The notes under the pieces were generated by a model. The model was not told the DNA's origin. It searched no databases and saw only the letters and a list, made by a program, of their open reading frames with translations. From a virus (taxonomy: Duplodnaviria > Caudoviricetes), in IMG/VR virus record IMGVR_UViG_3300014204_000111, positions 1 through 64,000 of that record: DNA of 64,000 bases; one strand, given 5' to 3'. A program made the translations under genes and the position numbers. This document shows, piece by piece, positions 19,502-29,928 of this stretch; the first letter of the stretch is position 1; each line of letters begins with the position of its first letter.

Positions 19502-20169
19502 TTAATATGATACTCCGTTAAATATTTCATTGAAAGAGGGAATAATTTAGAAAGAATTGAGTGTATTTCATTAGCATATTCTCTAATTTCTATTTGAGCA
19601 TGATTATCCATTCTAAGTTTTAAAAATCTAGTCCAGTTAAAAAGATTAGCCGTACAATAGAAGCTAGTATATGTATTCAGAGGTAAAATCATTCGTGCTA
19701 CTTCTAAAGGACAACCTATAGAAATTAAATGTTGATAATTACTTTCGCATAAATCTGTAACTTGTTTTATAATTTCTCTCGTTGTATAGGCATTCTTTAA
19801 TTCTAATTTACCCGCTCCTTGACGAGAATCTTTGGTCTGTTCTTCAATTAACCTTGAAGTTTCGGGAATATAAAATTCGTCATAACAACGAGAAGAATAT
19901 CGTCCAGAAACTTCATTATAAGACATAGTTCTATGTCTCATCCATTGTCTTGCTGTAAAAAATGGAACTTTTACAAAAAATGTTGCAGTTAAATGCTCAA
20001 AAGGGGACGAATGCCCCATTTTAGCCATATATTTAATTAAAGCCTCATCGCTTTCTGGAGTTTGTTCTGTAGTTCTTTCTCCAACCTCAATACTTACTCT
20101 AGCTGCTTCTACTACTCTACCATCATTGCCCATATGGTCAACTAACTTTAAATATTTTTTTGATATCAT
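19498..20169 (-). CDS. thyX: Flavin-dependent thymidylate synthase
   Basis: AARVS, HSSPFEH, RHRTMSYNEVSGRY, EVARMILP, HAQIEIR. Confidence 0.96.
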   Translation of the reverse strand: MISKKYLKLVDHMGNDGRVVEAARVSIEVGERTTEQTPESDEALIKYMAKMGHSSPFEHLTATFFVKVPFFTARQWMRHRTMSYNEVSGRYSSRCYDEFYIPETSRLIEEQTKDSRQGAGKLELKNAYTTREIIKQVTDLCESNYQHLISIGCPLEVARMILPLNTYTSFYCTANLFNWTRFLKLRMDNHAQIEIREYANEIHSILSKLFPLSMKYLTEYHIK

Positions 20170-20626
20170 CAATAACCTCATTCATATTTATACAGTGTTT
20201 TTTAAAATCATCTATTTTAATAAGATAAAGTTTAGTAGAAGAGCCTTTATCTCCTCCAATCACCTTTTTTGTGGCAAGTAAGCAAATTTCTCTTAACTTA
20301 TCCACAGTAATAAAATAAGGAATTCCATCTATTCCGTGAACCCACCAATCTGCTGTAGTAACTACAAGTCCACTTTCTTCTCCTCTGCATTCATATTCAA
20401 TAGCCACATTTCCAGTTTTTGTAGCCATCAAATCATTTTTAACTTCAAAAGTAACATTTTTAGAATTATTACTAACATTCTCAAAAGTATCACTAACTAG
20501 AATATCATATTCTTTTGTTTTATTTGTAATAAAAACAAAGTCATCTAAATAACCTTTTAGAAGTTTTGTGACTTCTTCTTCAAAAGAAGCCCCATCTTTT
20601 AAATCTTTTTGAAATTGATAGTGCAT
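20138..20626 (-). CDS. PD-(D/E)XK-fold phage nuclease-like protein
   Basis: YDILV..FEVKND..TGNVAIEY..SGL..TTADWW. Confidence 0.65.
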   Translation of the reverse strand: MHYQFQKDLKDGASFEEEVTKLLKGYLDDFVFITNKTKEYDILVSDTFENVSNNSKNVTFEVKNDLMATKTGNVAIEYECRGEESGLVVTTADWWVHGIDGIPYFITVDKLREICLLATKKVIGGDKGSSTKLYLIKIDDFKKHCINMNEVIDDIKKIFKVS

Positions 20627-20641
20627 TATATATAGACCTTA

Positions 20642-21037
20642 TTAAACAAATGGATACCAATACCCCTTAAGAGGGTGCTGCGTAGTGGAAATAGGAGTCC
20701 ATATAGACACTAATTCTATAGCCTTATATGAAATCTCAGCATCATTTAATGCTCTTTTATAACCAAGCATAAATTCATAAAATCTTTTAGATTCTTTTTT
20801 TGTTAAAATATAAAGTTCCCAATTGGTGCATAGACTATGAATTTTGCCATTAAAGAAAAACATATAGGAAAAATCTGCTGTATATTTCTCCATACTTCCT
20901 TTTGGTGTACAACCAGGAGGAAATATCTTATGAGCAAGTCCTTTATAATTTTTTATGCCACATTCATATTTTACACCACCGTACATATAATCTTTCATAT
21001 ATTGTTCAATATCTTTATCGTCCATAATTAGCTCCAC
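20642..21037 (-). CDS. Hypothetical protein
   Basis: Operon packing. Confidence 0.6.
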   Translation of the reverse strand: MELIMDDKDIEQYMKDYMYGGVKYECGIKNYKGLAHKIFPPGCTPKGSMEKYTADFSYMFFFNGKIHSLCTNWELYILTKKESKRFYEFMLGYKRALNDAEISYKAIELVSIWTPISTTQHPLKGYWYPFV

Positions 21038-21365
21038 AATTACTACAAGTTATAACATTTTTAGAGAATACCTGTCTTTGAACAGCATCAAGATATCCAC
21101 AAGAATGACACCTAAACACAAATGAGTACCCGCTTGTACTTAATGCCATTGGAATAAAAATACAACCATTAATTATTACTGGAATTGCAAGCATTAGTAA
21201 GCAAATCCAAAATAATTGTAAAAATGTTCCTGACAAAACAATATGAATACCAAACCAAAGTAATCCGGAAAAAACTAAAGAGATAAGGGCCAAACCTCCA
21301 CAAAATAAGCTTATAATAATGATATATTGCATTATAGCATTATGAGCATCTTTAGTTATCTTCAT
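21015..21365 (-). CDS. Membrane protein with C-terminal Zn ribbon
   Basis: Two hydrophobic segments, CHSC..CSNCG. Confidence 0.65.
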   Translation of the reverse strand: MKITKDAHNAIMQYIIIISLFCGGLALISLVFSGLLWFGIHIVLSGTFLQLFWICLLMLAIPVIINGCIFIPMALSTSGYSFVFRCHSCGYLDAVQRQVFSKNVITCSNCGANYGR

Positions 21366-24300
21366 ATTCTTTAAACCTTATTTTGGCATTCATAGTATAA
21401 TTTAAAGCCCATCTTGCCTCTTTATTTAAATTAGTTTTTAATAATTGTTCTTGTCCTAGAGGAGTAGTTAAAACTACCTCATCAGTACCTTGATTACTAG
21501 TTAAAAACTCTAAGGCATCCTTAAATCTAGGGTCAGGAACCCGTATATTAGTTATACCCGATATATGAGTCCATTCCGTAATTTCATAAATATTTAATTT
21601 AACATTTTGTAAAGTTAGTTCTTTTTCGTCACTGATAGCATCTGGTGTTAATTTTCCACTAATAATTACAGGATTATATTGACCAGATAATCTTACCGCA
21701 AGACTTCCATAAGAATTTACAATATTTTCAAATCCAAGCAGCATAATAGATTCTACACCATCTGTAATAGTTCCTGTCATATATTGTTTACTTTTTTTAG
21801 ATGTTTGTATACTTACATTATCTAAAAATCCTACTATGCTTACTGTACGAGATGATAAATCATCAGGAATATCCATTGGCATATCAAGGTCAACTCTAGA
21901 ATAACATTTATGTTGTAAATATGGGTTAGATGAAAAGAAAAATCCTAAAGCTTCTTTTTCCATAAGTGCTAGCTCGATATCTGTATATTCGACAATTTGT
22001 TCCATTGCCCAACTAATAGATTTATTTCTATCAGCTTCAATATTATCAAAAGCACCACCATTAGCCAAAAATGTTTTAACTCTTGAGTTAGCACAACTAC
22101 GAGGAACTTTAGCAACAAAGTCTTCAATGCTAGTAAATGGTCTCATTTTGATGATACGATTAGCAGCCTTATCTCCAACATTTTTTACTCCTAAAAGTCC
22201 GTTAAGAATATAAGCCCCCTTACTGTCATAACCCATAGTATAATTTAAGTGAGATTTATTGATATCTGGTGTTTTAATTCGAATATTATATTTTGTGATA
22301 TTACGAATAACTTCTTTAACATCTTCTGAACTACCAATAACAGAGTTTAGAACAGCACAATAAAATTCTGTTGGATAATAATGTTTGAGCCATAATGTCT
22401 TATAGGCAATAGCGGCATATCCTATACTATGTCCTTTATTAAAAGAATAAAGAGCATTGTCCATCATTTGTTCTATAATATATTGGATTTCTGACTTTTT
22501 ATATCCTTTAATTGTAGCTTGTTCTTCAAATTCTTGTAGAAGAACTTTCATTTCTTCAACATGTTTTTTACCACAAGCCTTTCTTAAGTCATCAGCTTTT
22601 TCAGCAGAAAAACCTCCTACTACTTGAGCAACATGCATTAATTGCTCTTGATATACCATAATACCTCTAGTATCTTTAAGTAAATCATTCATAGCTGTAA
22701 TTTTATGTGTAAATCCACCTTCTGCATATTTATCTGCCCATCCAGAGGTTAAAGCACCAGGACGAATAAGAGCAATAAGGTCACATAACTCTCCAATATT
22801 AGAAGGATTAATCTTTGAATAATAGGAATAAGCGAGTCCAGAACCTAATTGAAAAACGTTATCTAGACCATATTTTGCTTGATATACAGTATCATCAGTA
22901 AAATCACCCCATTCTGGAATAATAATATTTTTATAATTTGTTTTTATCAATCTTTCTGCATCATTAACAACTGATAGATTTCTTAATCCTAAAAAATCAA
23001 ATTTGATTTGTTTAGCAAAAGATTCTACTTCTTTCATATTAAATCCAATAGTTGTTAATGGAGAGGTTTGATTAGGACGTAACGGTACTAAATCTTCGAG
23101 AGATTTTTGTGAAATAACAATTCCTGATGCATGGACTCCTTCTCCTGCTAATCCACCTTCAAGACCCTTAGCAAGTTCTACTACTTGTTCTAATTTATGC
23201 TTTTTAATAAATTCGGTAACAACATCTCTTTTTAGATTATCTTCTATGCTTACTAACGTGTCGGTTCCAGGCTGTCTTTCTTGCAATAACTTAGAGAAAT
23301 CATTCATAATAAAAAATTCAATCCCCATTGCTCTAGCGGCAGTTTTAATAGCTGTTTTACAAGAATATCTTGTATCTGTCCCCATATGATAAACGTATGG
23401 ATATTTATTTTTGAGATATTCCAAAAACTTTTGTCTACCATCTTGAGAAATATCGCAATCAACATCAATCATTGAAGAGTAAATAACATGACCATTAGCG
23501 TCTACTCTTAATCTTCCTTTGTTTAAAAATCTACTAAATTCTAATTGATAAATAATAGGGTCTAATGCTGTAATATCCAATAAATAGTTGGTTAAACAAT
23601 TAACAGCACTTCCTCTTCCTGGGCCTGTATAAATATCATTGTTTCTGCACCAAGTTAAAGCATCTGACATTACTAGCAAATAATTACCAAATTTAAAATC
23701 TTTAATAACAGATAGCTCGTAATCAAGCCTTGTTTGATATTCTTGTATATTGGGTGGATTAAGAGAAGAAAGTTTTTTATAAGTAATATTTTTAATTTCT
23801 TCTAAAGCTTGTTCTTCTGTTAACCAACAATTAACATCTAATTCTCTACATTGTGCTTGTGGAAAATTATATTCACTTAATTCTGGGTCAAATAATTCAA
23901 TCATATCCGCTATTTTACCAGAATTATGAACAGCTTCTAAGTTGTTGGGAAATAATTTTTCCATTTCATCTTCATTTTTAAAATAGAAACTCTTATCATA
24001 AAAGTATTTATAATCTATATTAGTTAGTTTAACATTATGAGCATCACATAAAATGACTTGGTGAGCCTTATAATCTTCTGCATTTGGATAGTGAACATCA
24101 TTAGTTGTAACTAAATCTAAATGATATTTTTCGGCCATTTTTATAAGCCAAGGATTAATAATTTTTAATTCACTATCAGCACAAGTATCATGTTGTTGTA
24201 ATTCTAAAAAGAACTTATTTCCTACAATATTTACAAACCACTGCAATCTCTCTTCGGCGGCTTCTTCTCCAAACTCTATTAACGGCTTAGCTAATACTCC

Positions 24301-24711
24301 ACCAGCACAGGCTGATAGAATAATAATTCCCTCGCAATATTTAGATAACATGTTTTTATCAATTCGAGGCTTATAATAAAATCCATCCATATAAGAAAGA
24401 GATGTTAATTTAACTATATTTTTATATCCAATAGAATTTTGAGCTAATAAAATTATGTGTGAATAATTTCTACTACCTGTTATAGGCTTCTCTTCAATAT
24501 CATCTACAAAATATGCTTCTAAACCATATATGGGCTTAATATTATATTTTTTACAATATTTATTTAATTCAGGCCAAGATTTAATATTACCGTGTTCTGT
24601 AACAGCAATTGCTGACATACCAAGTTTAGAAGCTAATTCGACAAAAGTACCAACTCTACCAACCGCATCCTTAAGTGAATAAGTGGTATGCGTATGTAAC
24701 GAAATATACAT
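21352..24711 (-). CDS. dnaE: DNA polymerase III alpha subunit (family C) with PHP domain
   Basis: HTHTTYS, TEHG, NDVHY, GPGRGSA, DVDCD, HASG, KFDFLGL, YQEQLM, YSFNKGH. Confidence 0.97.
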   Translation of the reverse strand: MYISLHTHTTYSLKDAVGRVGTFVELASKLGMSAIAVTEHGNIKSWPELNKYCKKYNIKPIYGLEAYFVDDIEEKPITGSRNYSHIILLAQNSIGYKNIVKLTSLSYMDGFYYKPRIDKNMLSKYCEGIIILSACAGGVLAKPLIEFGEEAAEERLQWFVNIVGNKFFLELQQHDTCADSELKIINPWLIKMAEKYHLDLVTTNDVHYPNAEDYKAHQVILCDAHNVKLTNIDYKYFYDKSFYFKNEDEMEKLFPNNLEAVHNSGKIADMIELFDPELSEYNFPQAQCRELDVNCWLTEEQALEEIKNITYKKLSSLNPPNIQEYQTRLDYELSVIKDFKFGNYLLVMSDALTWCRNNDIYTGPGRGSAVNCLTNYLLDITALDPIIYQLEFSRFLNKGRLRVDANGHVIYSSMIDVDCDISQDGRQKFLEYLKNKYPYVYHMGTDTRYSCKTAIKTAARAMGIEFFIMNDFSKLLQERQPGTDTLVSIEDNLKRDVVTEFIKKHKLEQVVELAKGLEGGLAGEGVHASGIVISQKSLEDLVPLRPNQTSPLTTIGFNMKEVESFAKQIKFDFLGLRNLSVVNDAERLIKTNYKNIIIPEWGDFTDDTVYQAKYGLDNVFQLGSGLAYSYYSKINPSNIGELCDLIALIRPGALTSGWADKYAEGGFTHKITAMNDLLKDTRGIMVYQEQLMHVAQVVGGFSAEKADDLRKACGKKHVEEMKVLLQEFEEQATIKGYKKSEIQYIIEQMMDNALYSFNKGHSIGYAAIAYKTLWLKHYYPTEFYCAVLNSVIGSSEDVKEVIRNITKYNIRIKTPDINKSHLNYTMGYDSKGAYILNGLLGVKNVGDKAANRIIKMRPFTSIEDFVAKVPRSCANSRVKTFLANGGAFDNIEADRNKSISWAMEQIVEYTDIELALMEKEALGFFFSSNPYLQHKCYSRVDLDMPMDIPDDLSSRTVSIVGFLDNVSIQTSKKSKQYMTGTITDGVESIMLLGFENIVNSYGSLAVRLSGQYNPVIISGKLTPDAISDEKELTLQNVKLNIYEITEWTHISGITNIRVPDPRFKDALEFLTSNQGTDEVVLTTPLGQEQLLKTNLNKEARWALNYTMNAKIRFKEYEDN

Positions 24712-24725
24712 ATATCTCCTTTATT

Positions 24726-24753
24726 AAAAAAGCAAGGAGTTTAACTCCTTGCT
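24726..24753 (-). terminator. Intrinsic terminator between the vWA gene and dnaE
   Basis: AGCAAGGAGTT/AACTCCTTGCT inverted repeat followed by a T-run on the minus strand. Confidence 0.8.
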
Positions 24754-24758
24754 GTATA

Positions 24759-26273
24759 TTACAATTTCTTATATTTACCCTTTGGGTCGATAGAAAATTC
24801 ATCTATGATTTTCTCTCTTAACGAATTAAAATACTCCTTTTGAATATAATTTGCTGTATATACTACAATCAAGTTAACTTCTGGGTCATCTTTTAATTCT
24901 TGCCACCATCTTCCTCCAAAACAACCATCAGTATAGACTACTGCATTTTTAATTCCATTTTGTACCATATGCATAGCCCAACAATCATTGGTTCCTCCAG
25001 TAGAGTGATATTGACCTTCACAAAATTCATCTACAGTACATTCAGCGGTAACTGTAGAGAATGGAATTATTCTCTCAAAGTGTTCTATAGAATATCTAAT
25101 TGAAGAGATAAATACAGGATGAAATTCATAAGTAGAACCAGATACATCAATATAAGCAACAGCCTTAATAGAAGTGTCAGGTTTTCTTCTATTAAAAAAG
25201 AATTGAGGAATATTCATTAAACGATATAGCATTGCTCGTCTATCAAAAGGTGTTGGTACAATACCTCTAGTTATAGCATTACTTTGAATATTTAAAAAAT
25301 CTTTTTCTAACTCTGAGTTAAAAGTTGCTTCAGCAGACATATAGATAACTTGTTCTGCAAAGTCAATATCTTCAACATTATTAATGAACTCTTTTAATTT
25401 ATATGTAGCTAAAATTGTGGCATTAGGGTCACAATCATGAGAGGAATCCATTTCGTCTCCACCCGCACCTTCACCTTCATGTATAAATTCATCATGAGAA
25501 TCTACAATTTCTTGTGCTACCTCTGCGGCGGCATTATTCAACATATCTTGATTTTGTTGATTTCCAGGTTGTGACTTATTACCTCCACCTCCCATTCCAT
25601 GTCCGCCAAGTAAGATATAATCTTGTTTACTTCCACCACCTTCAGAGTGTTCTTCGATAATATCTCGAATTTCATATCCTGTTGCAGAAGCCTTAGAATA
25701 TAATCTATCATGAACATCTTGAATGTCAGGTTCAGGAAATTGACTACCTGGACGTAACATACCTTGAGGCATTTCGTCATGCTTATAAAGTTGTTCAAAT
25801 AGTTTAGTAAATCTTTGGTCAAAATTAAAGTTTCGAGCAATCATAGCATTAATAATAGCGTCTTGAATAGTATTTTTAATTAAAGCTTCTTCAGGTTTAA
25901 TACCTAATTCTCTGTCAATATCATACTCGTCAAGATGTCCAAGAGCATAATGCATAATTTCATGTGTTAATAACGTACAAAACATGTAACAATCTACTCT
26001 CTGCTCGACCAAAAATCTTTCAAACACTTTCATAGAATAGTTTCCATCAATAAAAGCTGTAGGTTTATTGCCTCCCTTTTCAAACATTTTTGAATAAGCT
26101 TCTTCCTCTTCACTTCCCATTGTAATTATACTGATATCAGAAGCATTACAAAAGTTATAAAGAGCAAACTTAAAATCTCTCACTAAAGCTAGGAACGCAT
26201 CAAAAAATGCGTTCCATTGTCCTGCTTCATAAGGTTTACTATAATCTCTAATAGGATTATGATTGATGTACAT
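24759..26273 (-). CDS. Metallopeptidase (HEXXH) plus vWA domain protein (DUF2201-like)
   Basis: THEIMHYALGH, DAIIN, Gly-rich linker, IDVSGST MIDAS, TGGT, YTDG. Confidence 0.85.
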   Translation of the reverse strand: MYINHNPIRDYSKPYEAGQWNAFFDAFLALVRDFKFALYNFCNASDISIITMGSEEEEAYSKMFEKGGNKPTAFIDGNYSMKVFERFLVEQRVDCYMFCTLLTHEIMHYALGHLDEYDIDRELGIKPEEALIKNTIQDAIINAMIARNFNFDQRFTKLFEQLYKHDEMPQGMLRPGSQFPEPDIQDVHDRLYSKASATGYEIRDIIEEHSEGGGSKQDYILLGGHGMGGGGNKSQPGNQQNQDMLNNAAAEVAQEIVDSHDEFIHEGEGAGGDEMDSSHDCDPNATILATYKLKEFINNVEDIDFAEQVIYMSAEATFNSELEKDFLNIQSNAITRGIVPTPFDRRAMLYRLMNIPQFFFNRRKPDTSIKAVAYIDVSGSTYEFHPVFISSIRYSIEHFERIIPFSTVTAECTVDEFCEGQYHSTGGTNDCWAMHMVQNGIKNAVVYTDGCFGGRWWQELKDDPEVNLIVVYTANYIQKEYFNSLREKIIDEFSIDPKGKYKKL

Positions 26274-26281
26274 TATTACTC

Positions 26282-26953
26282 CTAAACAGTTAAACGAGAC
26301 ACGATATTAGTAGAGTGAATCATTACAAAATAGTAAGGAAATTTTCCACTTTTAACGCCACTTTGAACTTTGGGAACATAAAATCCATGTTCACCTTTGT
26401 TATTATAAATAGTATTACTTAATAGATATCCAATTTGGTCTTCTGGTAAGAAATTTGCAAATACATTGGCAGTTCTATAAGCCTCATGTTCTCCGCCTGT
26501 TACAATTGTATGATAATCTGGAAATGGAGGAATTGTAGTTTTTGTATGAACAGGAAACTTATTTCCTTCTCCTAGCTTTACACTAAAAGTAATACTAAAT
26601 GCAGCGTATCGATAATGAGGAACACATTGCAATAGTTCACCATCATTAACTACTAAATCTCCATTTTTATTTTCAAAACTAAATCCCCATCTGTTATTAA
26701 ATGATTCAATTGTTGGATTGCCAGATGTACTAAATTTAATATCTTGAAAATTCTTATCAAACTTTGCAACAGTAACGGATGGAGTATGATTGACTGTTGG
26801 AGAAGCTCCAGCAATAGCGATAATATGATATTCATCATTATGTTTTACTAGTAATGATGCTTTCTCATTTGGAAGTTCGAGTTTAGAACCATCTTCCAAG
26901 ATGGTTCTGCGACATGTATTAAACATTTCAATAATATTATTGTTTTTTGCCAT
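26282..26953 (-). CDS. Hypothetical protein in MoxR/vWA module
   Basis: AGGAGA RBS. Confidence 0.75.
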   Translation of the reverse strand: MAKNNNIIEMFNTCRRTILEDGSKLELPNEKASLLVKHNDEYHIIAIAGASPTVNHTPSVTVAKFDKNFQDIKFSTSGNPTIESFNNRWGFSFENKNGDLVVNDGELLQCVPHYRYAAFSITFSVKLGEGNKFPVHTKTTIPPFPDYHTIVTGGEHEAYRTANVFANFLPEDQIGYLLSNTIYNNKGEHGFYVPKVQSGVKSGKFPYYFVMIHSTNIVSRLTV

Positions 26954-26964
26954 AAGAATCTCCT

Positions 26965-28470
26965 TTATTTAAGTGACTGTGCAATCTTTTTAATATGATT
27001 TACTACACCCTGTGCTACACTTGCGTCAGCAGTTAATAATGTTGAGGTACTACTAAAGAACTCAACAACGAATAACTTATCAAAATCTCCATTTAGGTCA
27101 TGAAATTGGTCATCATTCATGAATTTAGTTTTATTAGCCTGAAACACGGAAGAAGTGATTTTCTCATTTGTATTATAAACTCCATTAATCAAATAACGAG
27201 TAATAATTTCTAACTGATTACCAGTCCATCCACCAATCATTACAGGTGTTTCATTTAAACCATTAAATGTTGTTACTGCACGCTCAAGAGTTGGCTTATT
27301 AACTGTGTTAGGGTTAACAAGAATCCAAGTAGCAATAGCTTGCTCAATCATTCCACCCTTTTCTTTGCTTCCGCTGTTATTATCAATATCTTCTTTTCTC
27401 GCAATATTAAGAGCTGATAATATCACTTCTGAATAAAGTTCTTTATCTGATGAAGTTTCTTTATCCTTTGTTGCAGCAATTAACATTTCTGTCGCATTCG
27501 TCATAGAAAGAAACTTTGAAGCAGGATTATTATTGTCATACAACTTATCCAATGATGCTTCTACAGCAGCTTTAATTAACTCAATCTTAAACTCTTCACC
27601 ACTAGTTACACGCTCTGGCATAGAATAATAAATTAGAGAATTTAGTTGTGCAGCATTACGTGGATTAAACTTTCTTCCCTCTTTCACCTTTTTGATAGCG
27701 AAAAGAGCACGAACATTACGATAAATCATTCCAGCACGACGACCAGAGATATCAATGTTCTTTCCCTTGTTTAGTTCATCGACTAAGCTATTGACAAACT
27801 TATCAATACCACAGTCCATATTCTTATACTCTTCTCTAGCATTAGCCAACAATGCCTGCAACTCAGAAGACTCATTAGGATTAGTAGAACCACCAATCAT
27901 TACAGCATCTTGAGTTGTTGTGTTAGTAATAACTTGCAACTTTTCTCCCATGCTCTTTAATTGACTAAACTTAGGGAAGGTAATCAATAAAGAGAATCTG
28001 TCTGCTAAAGCTCTATCCAAAGGCTTAGTACCCTTTTCGTGAAGCTCGTTCATAGCAGCAAAGATATAATGCAAATCTAACTTGATTCCAGCACAACGTC
28101 TATCACGAATTGCTTGCAAAACTTGGTTTTGCATATCATACTTGGTACGATTTAACTCGTCCCATAAAACAATTTTCTTGTCCCAAATGGTTGTTTCTGT
28201 TCTTGCATAACGAAGATTATAGCTTCCATCACCAGCATCTACAGGCATAGGAAGTCCAACTACATCTTCAAAGTTAATTGTAGGACTTGAGTAAAGAGCA
28301 ATCTCTTCTTCTTTATACCCAAGAAGGTGTGCTAGTCTTTCAACAAATGCTGTTTTTCCGCAGCCTGGAGCGCCTATAAGAAGAATAGGGTCTCCTGTGC
28401 AAAGACCCGCCAAAAGAGTGTCCTCAATGGCGTCAATGCCTATAATGCCTGTTTTGTGCAAATAGCTCAT
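26965..28470 (-). CDS. MoxR-family AAA+ ATPase
   Basis: GAPGCGKT, LWDELNR, AAMN, ALADRF, ISGRR. Confidence 0.9.
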   Translation of the reverse strand: MSYLHKTGIIGIDAIEDTLLAGLCTGDPILLIGAPGCGKTAFVERLAHLLGYKEEEIALYSSPTINFEDVVGLPMPVDAGDGSYNLRYARTETTIWDKKIVLWDELNRTKYDMQNQVLQAIRDRRCAGIKLDLHYIFAAMNELHEKGTKPLDRALADRFSLLITFPKFSQLKSMGEKLQVITNTTTQDAVMIGGSTNPNESSELQALLANAREEYKNMDCGIDKFVNSLVDELNKGKNIDISGRRAGMIYRNVRALFAIKKVKEGRKFNPRNAAQLNSLIYYSMPERVTSGEEFKIELIKAAVEASLDKLYDNNNPASKFLSMTNATEMLIAATKDKETSSDKELYSEVILSALNIARKEDIDNNSGSKEKGGMIEQAIATWILVNPNTVNKPTLERAVTTFNGLNETPVMIGGWTGNQLEIITRYLINGVYNTNEKITSSVFQANKTKFMNDDQFHDLNGDFDKLFVVEFFSSTSTLLTADASVAQGVVNHIKKIAQSLK

Positions 28471-28587
28471 AAATACTCCTATAATAATCTAGAATCTCAC
28501 GCTCTGGCGTGTCACAGGTAATGATACCCGGTTTTAGGGTGATTCAGCGTTTATTCACCAAAATTTAACCGGATTTCTGACTGACAC

Positions 28588-28596
28588 TGGTATAAT
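28588..28596 (+). promoter_or_regulatory. Extended -10 promoter TGGTATAAT for the rightward replication operon
   Basis: Perfect TGnTATAAT in the divergent intergenic gap. Confidence 0.55.
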
Positions 28597-28625
28597 ATAG
28601 TGTTGTCCTTCTTCTCTTTAAGAGA

Positions 28626-28704
28626 GTCACATTTAGAGTAATGTGACATACGCAGGCGACAGTCACTACTAACTATGTTAGTTATGCTAACTATGCTAGT
28701 TATA
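28626..28704. repeat. Inverted repeat plus four tandem 9-bp repeats (candidate origin or operator)
   Basis: GTCACATT-N6-AATGTGAC (28626-28647); CTAACTATG TTAGTTATG CTAACTATG CTAGTTATA (28669-28704). Confidence 0.7.
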
Positions 28705-28730
28705 CCACTCTCAGAGAAGGAATAAGTTAA

Positions 28731-29018
28731 ATGATATTTTTGGTATGTTTAGTTGCAATAATAACTATGGGTTTAACATTAGCAATAGAGACCAATCCTT
28801 TGATTGGGGTTATTTTTGATTGGATTGTAGAAAGATTTCCAGATGGATTTTGGAAACAATATGTAGCTCATGGGCTAGAATGCCGTATATGTCGCGGATT
28901 TTGGGTATCACTACTCATCAGCATCCTGGTTAAATGTGGGTTAACTATTTGGCTAGGAGGGTATAGTATTGCTGTCCTTATCTTTTATATTGGAGTCTTA
29001 GATTGGAACCAAAAATAA
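28731..29018 (+). CDS. Small membrane protein (DUF1360-like)
   Basis: Hydrophobic helices, LECRICRGFW. Confidence 0.6.
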   Translation: MIFLVCLVAIITMGLTLAIETNPLIGVIFDWIVERFPDGFWKQYVAHGLECRICRGFWVSLLISILVKCGLTIWLGGYSIAVLIFYIGVLDWNQK

Positions 29019-29923
29019 TTAATAAAATTATAGATTTATTTTTTGTTACAGATTATTATGCAATTCAAACCGTAGATGGAGGATATACACCTAATAGAGT
29101 TAAGGGTGTTGATTTAACAATTCAACCATCAGATATAGTTTCTTCTATTATTGATAAAAGTATGGTAATAGGGACTTATACAACAAGTCGTGATAATAAA
29201 TGTAAATGGATAGTTTTCGATTTTGATTCACATGAAGGAAAAGCTGGTTTAATTAGATTAAGAGGACAAGTTAACGAAATTTATAAAAGATGTTTAAATT
29301 ACAAATTAATTCCATATTTGGAAAGTAGTGGAAATAAAGGTTATCATTTATGGATTTTCTTTGACTCTTTATCTTCTGAAACAGCATTCAATGCTGCTAA
29401 AATTCTTGCAAAAGGTAATATTTCAGGAGAGATATTCCCTCGTCAAGCAAAATTAAAAGCAGGTAATCGTTATGGAAATTTAGTTAGATTACCTTGCTCT
29501 TTAAATAGAAAAACTGGTAAATCTTCTACGTGGATAGACTTTTCTTTTAGACCATATATAAACCAAGTAGATATCTTTTCAAAAATAAAGAAGACACCAA
29601 AAGAGTTAATAGAGAATATTGCAAGTCAATGGACAATTGATATAGAGGAAGAAGTTTCACAGATTGATAAAACTATTGACTCTTCATTAGTTGTAGATAT
29701 AACTCATTCAGTAGTAACTATTCATCGAGATAAAAATCCAAGACATCGTGCTCAATATATTTTGATTACAAGATGTTTAAAAGCTGGATATTCAGACAAT
29801 AAAATATTACAATTAGGCAGACAATGGTTACTACATAATAGACAAAATTTTTCTAGCGATATAGAATATGCTATGTTAGATTTTAAAAATTCTTTAGATT
29901 ATTGTAGAGCGATAAGGAGGTAA
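29003..29923 (+). CDS. Archaeo-eukaryotic primase (AEP) superfamily primase
   Basis: WIVFDFDSH, ESSGNKGYHLWIFF, EIFPRQ, GNLVRLP. Confidence 0.85.
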   Translation: MEPKIINKIIDLFFVTDYYAIQTVDGGYTPNRVKGVDLTIQPSDIVSSIIDKSMVIGTYTTSRDNKCKWIVFDFDSHEGKAGLIRLRGQVNEIYKRCLNYKLIPYLESSGNKGYHLWIFFDSLSSETAFNAAKILAKGNISGEIFPRQAKLKAGNRYGNLVRLPCSLNRKTGKSSTWIDFSFRPYINQVDIFSKIKKTPKELIENIASQWTIDIEEEVSQIDKTIDSSLVVDITHSVVTIHRDKNPRHRAQYILITRCLKAGYSDNKILQLGRQWLLHNRQNFSSDIEYAMLDFKNSLDYCRAIRR

Positions 29924-29928
29924 GATAA

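Noticed and set aside
149-25103. Short plus-strand ORFs in the left arm (e.g. 149, 2598, 6642, 8144, 16972, 24900)
   Set aside because: Antisense to well-supported genes, with no RBS or motifs.
28626-28647. CRP/FNR binding site
   Set aside because: Half-sites are in the opposite order and spacing to TGTGA-N6-TCACA.
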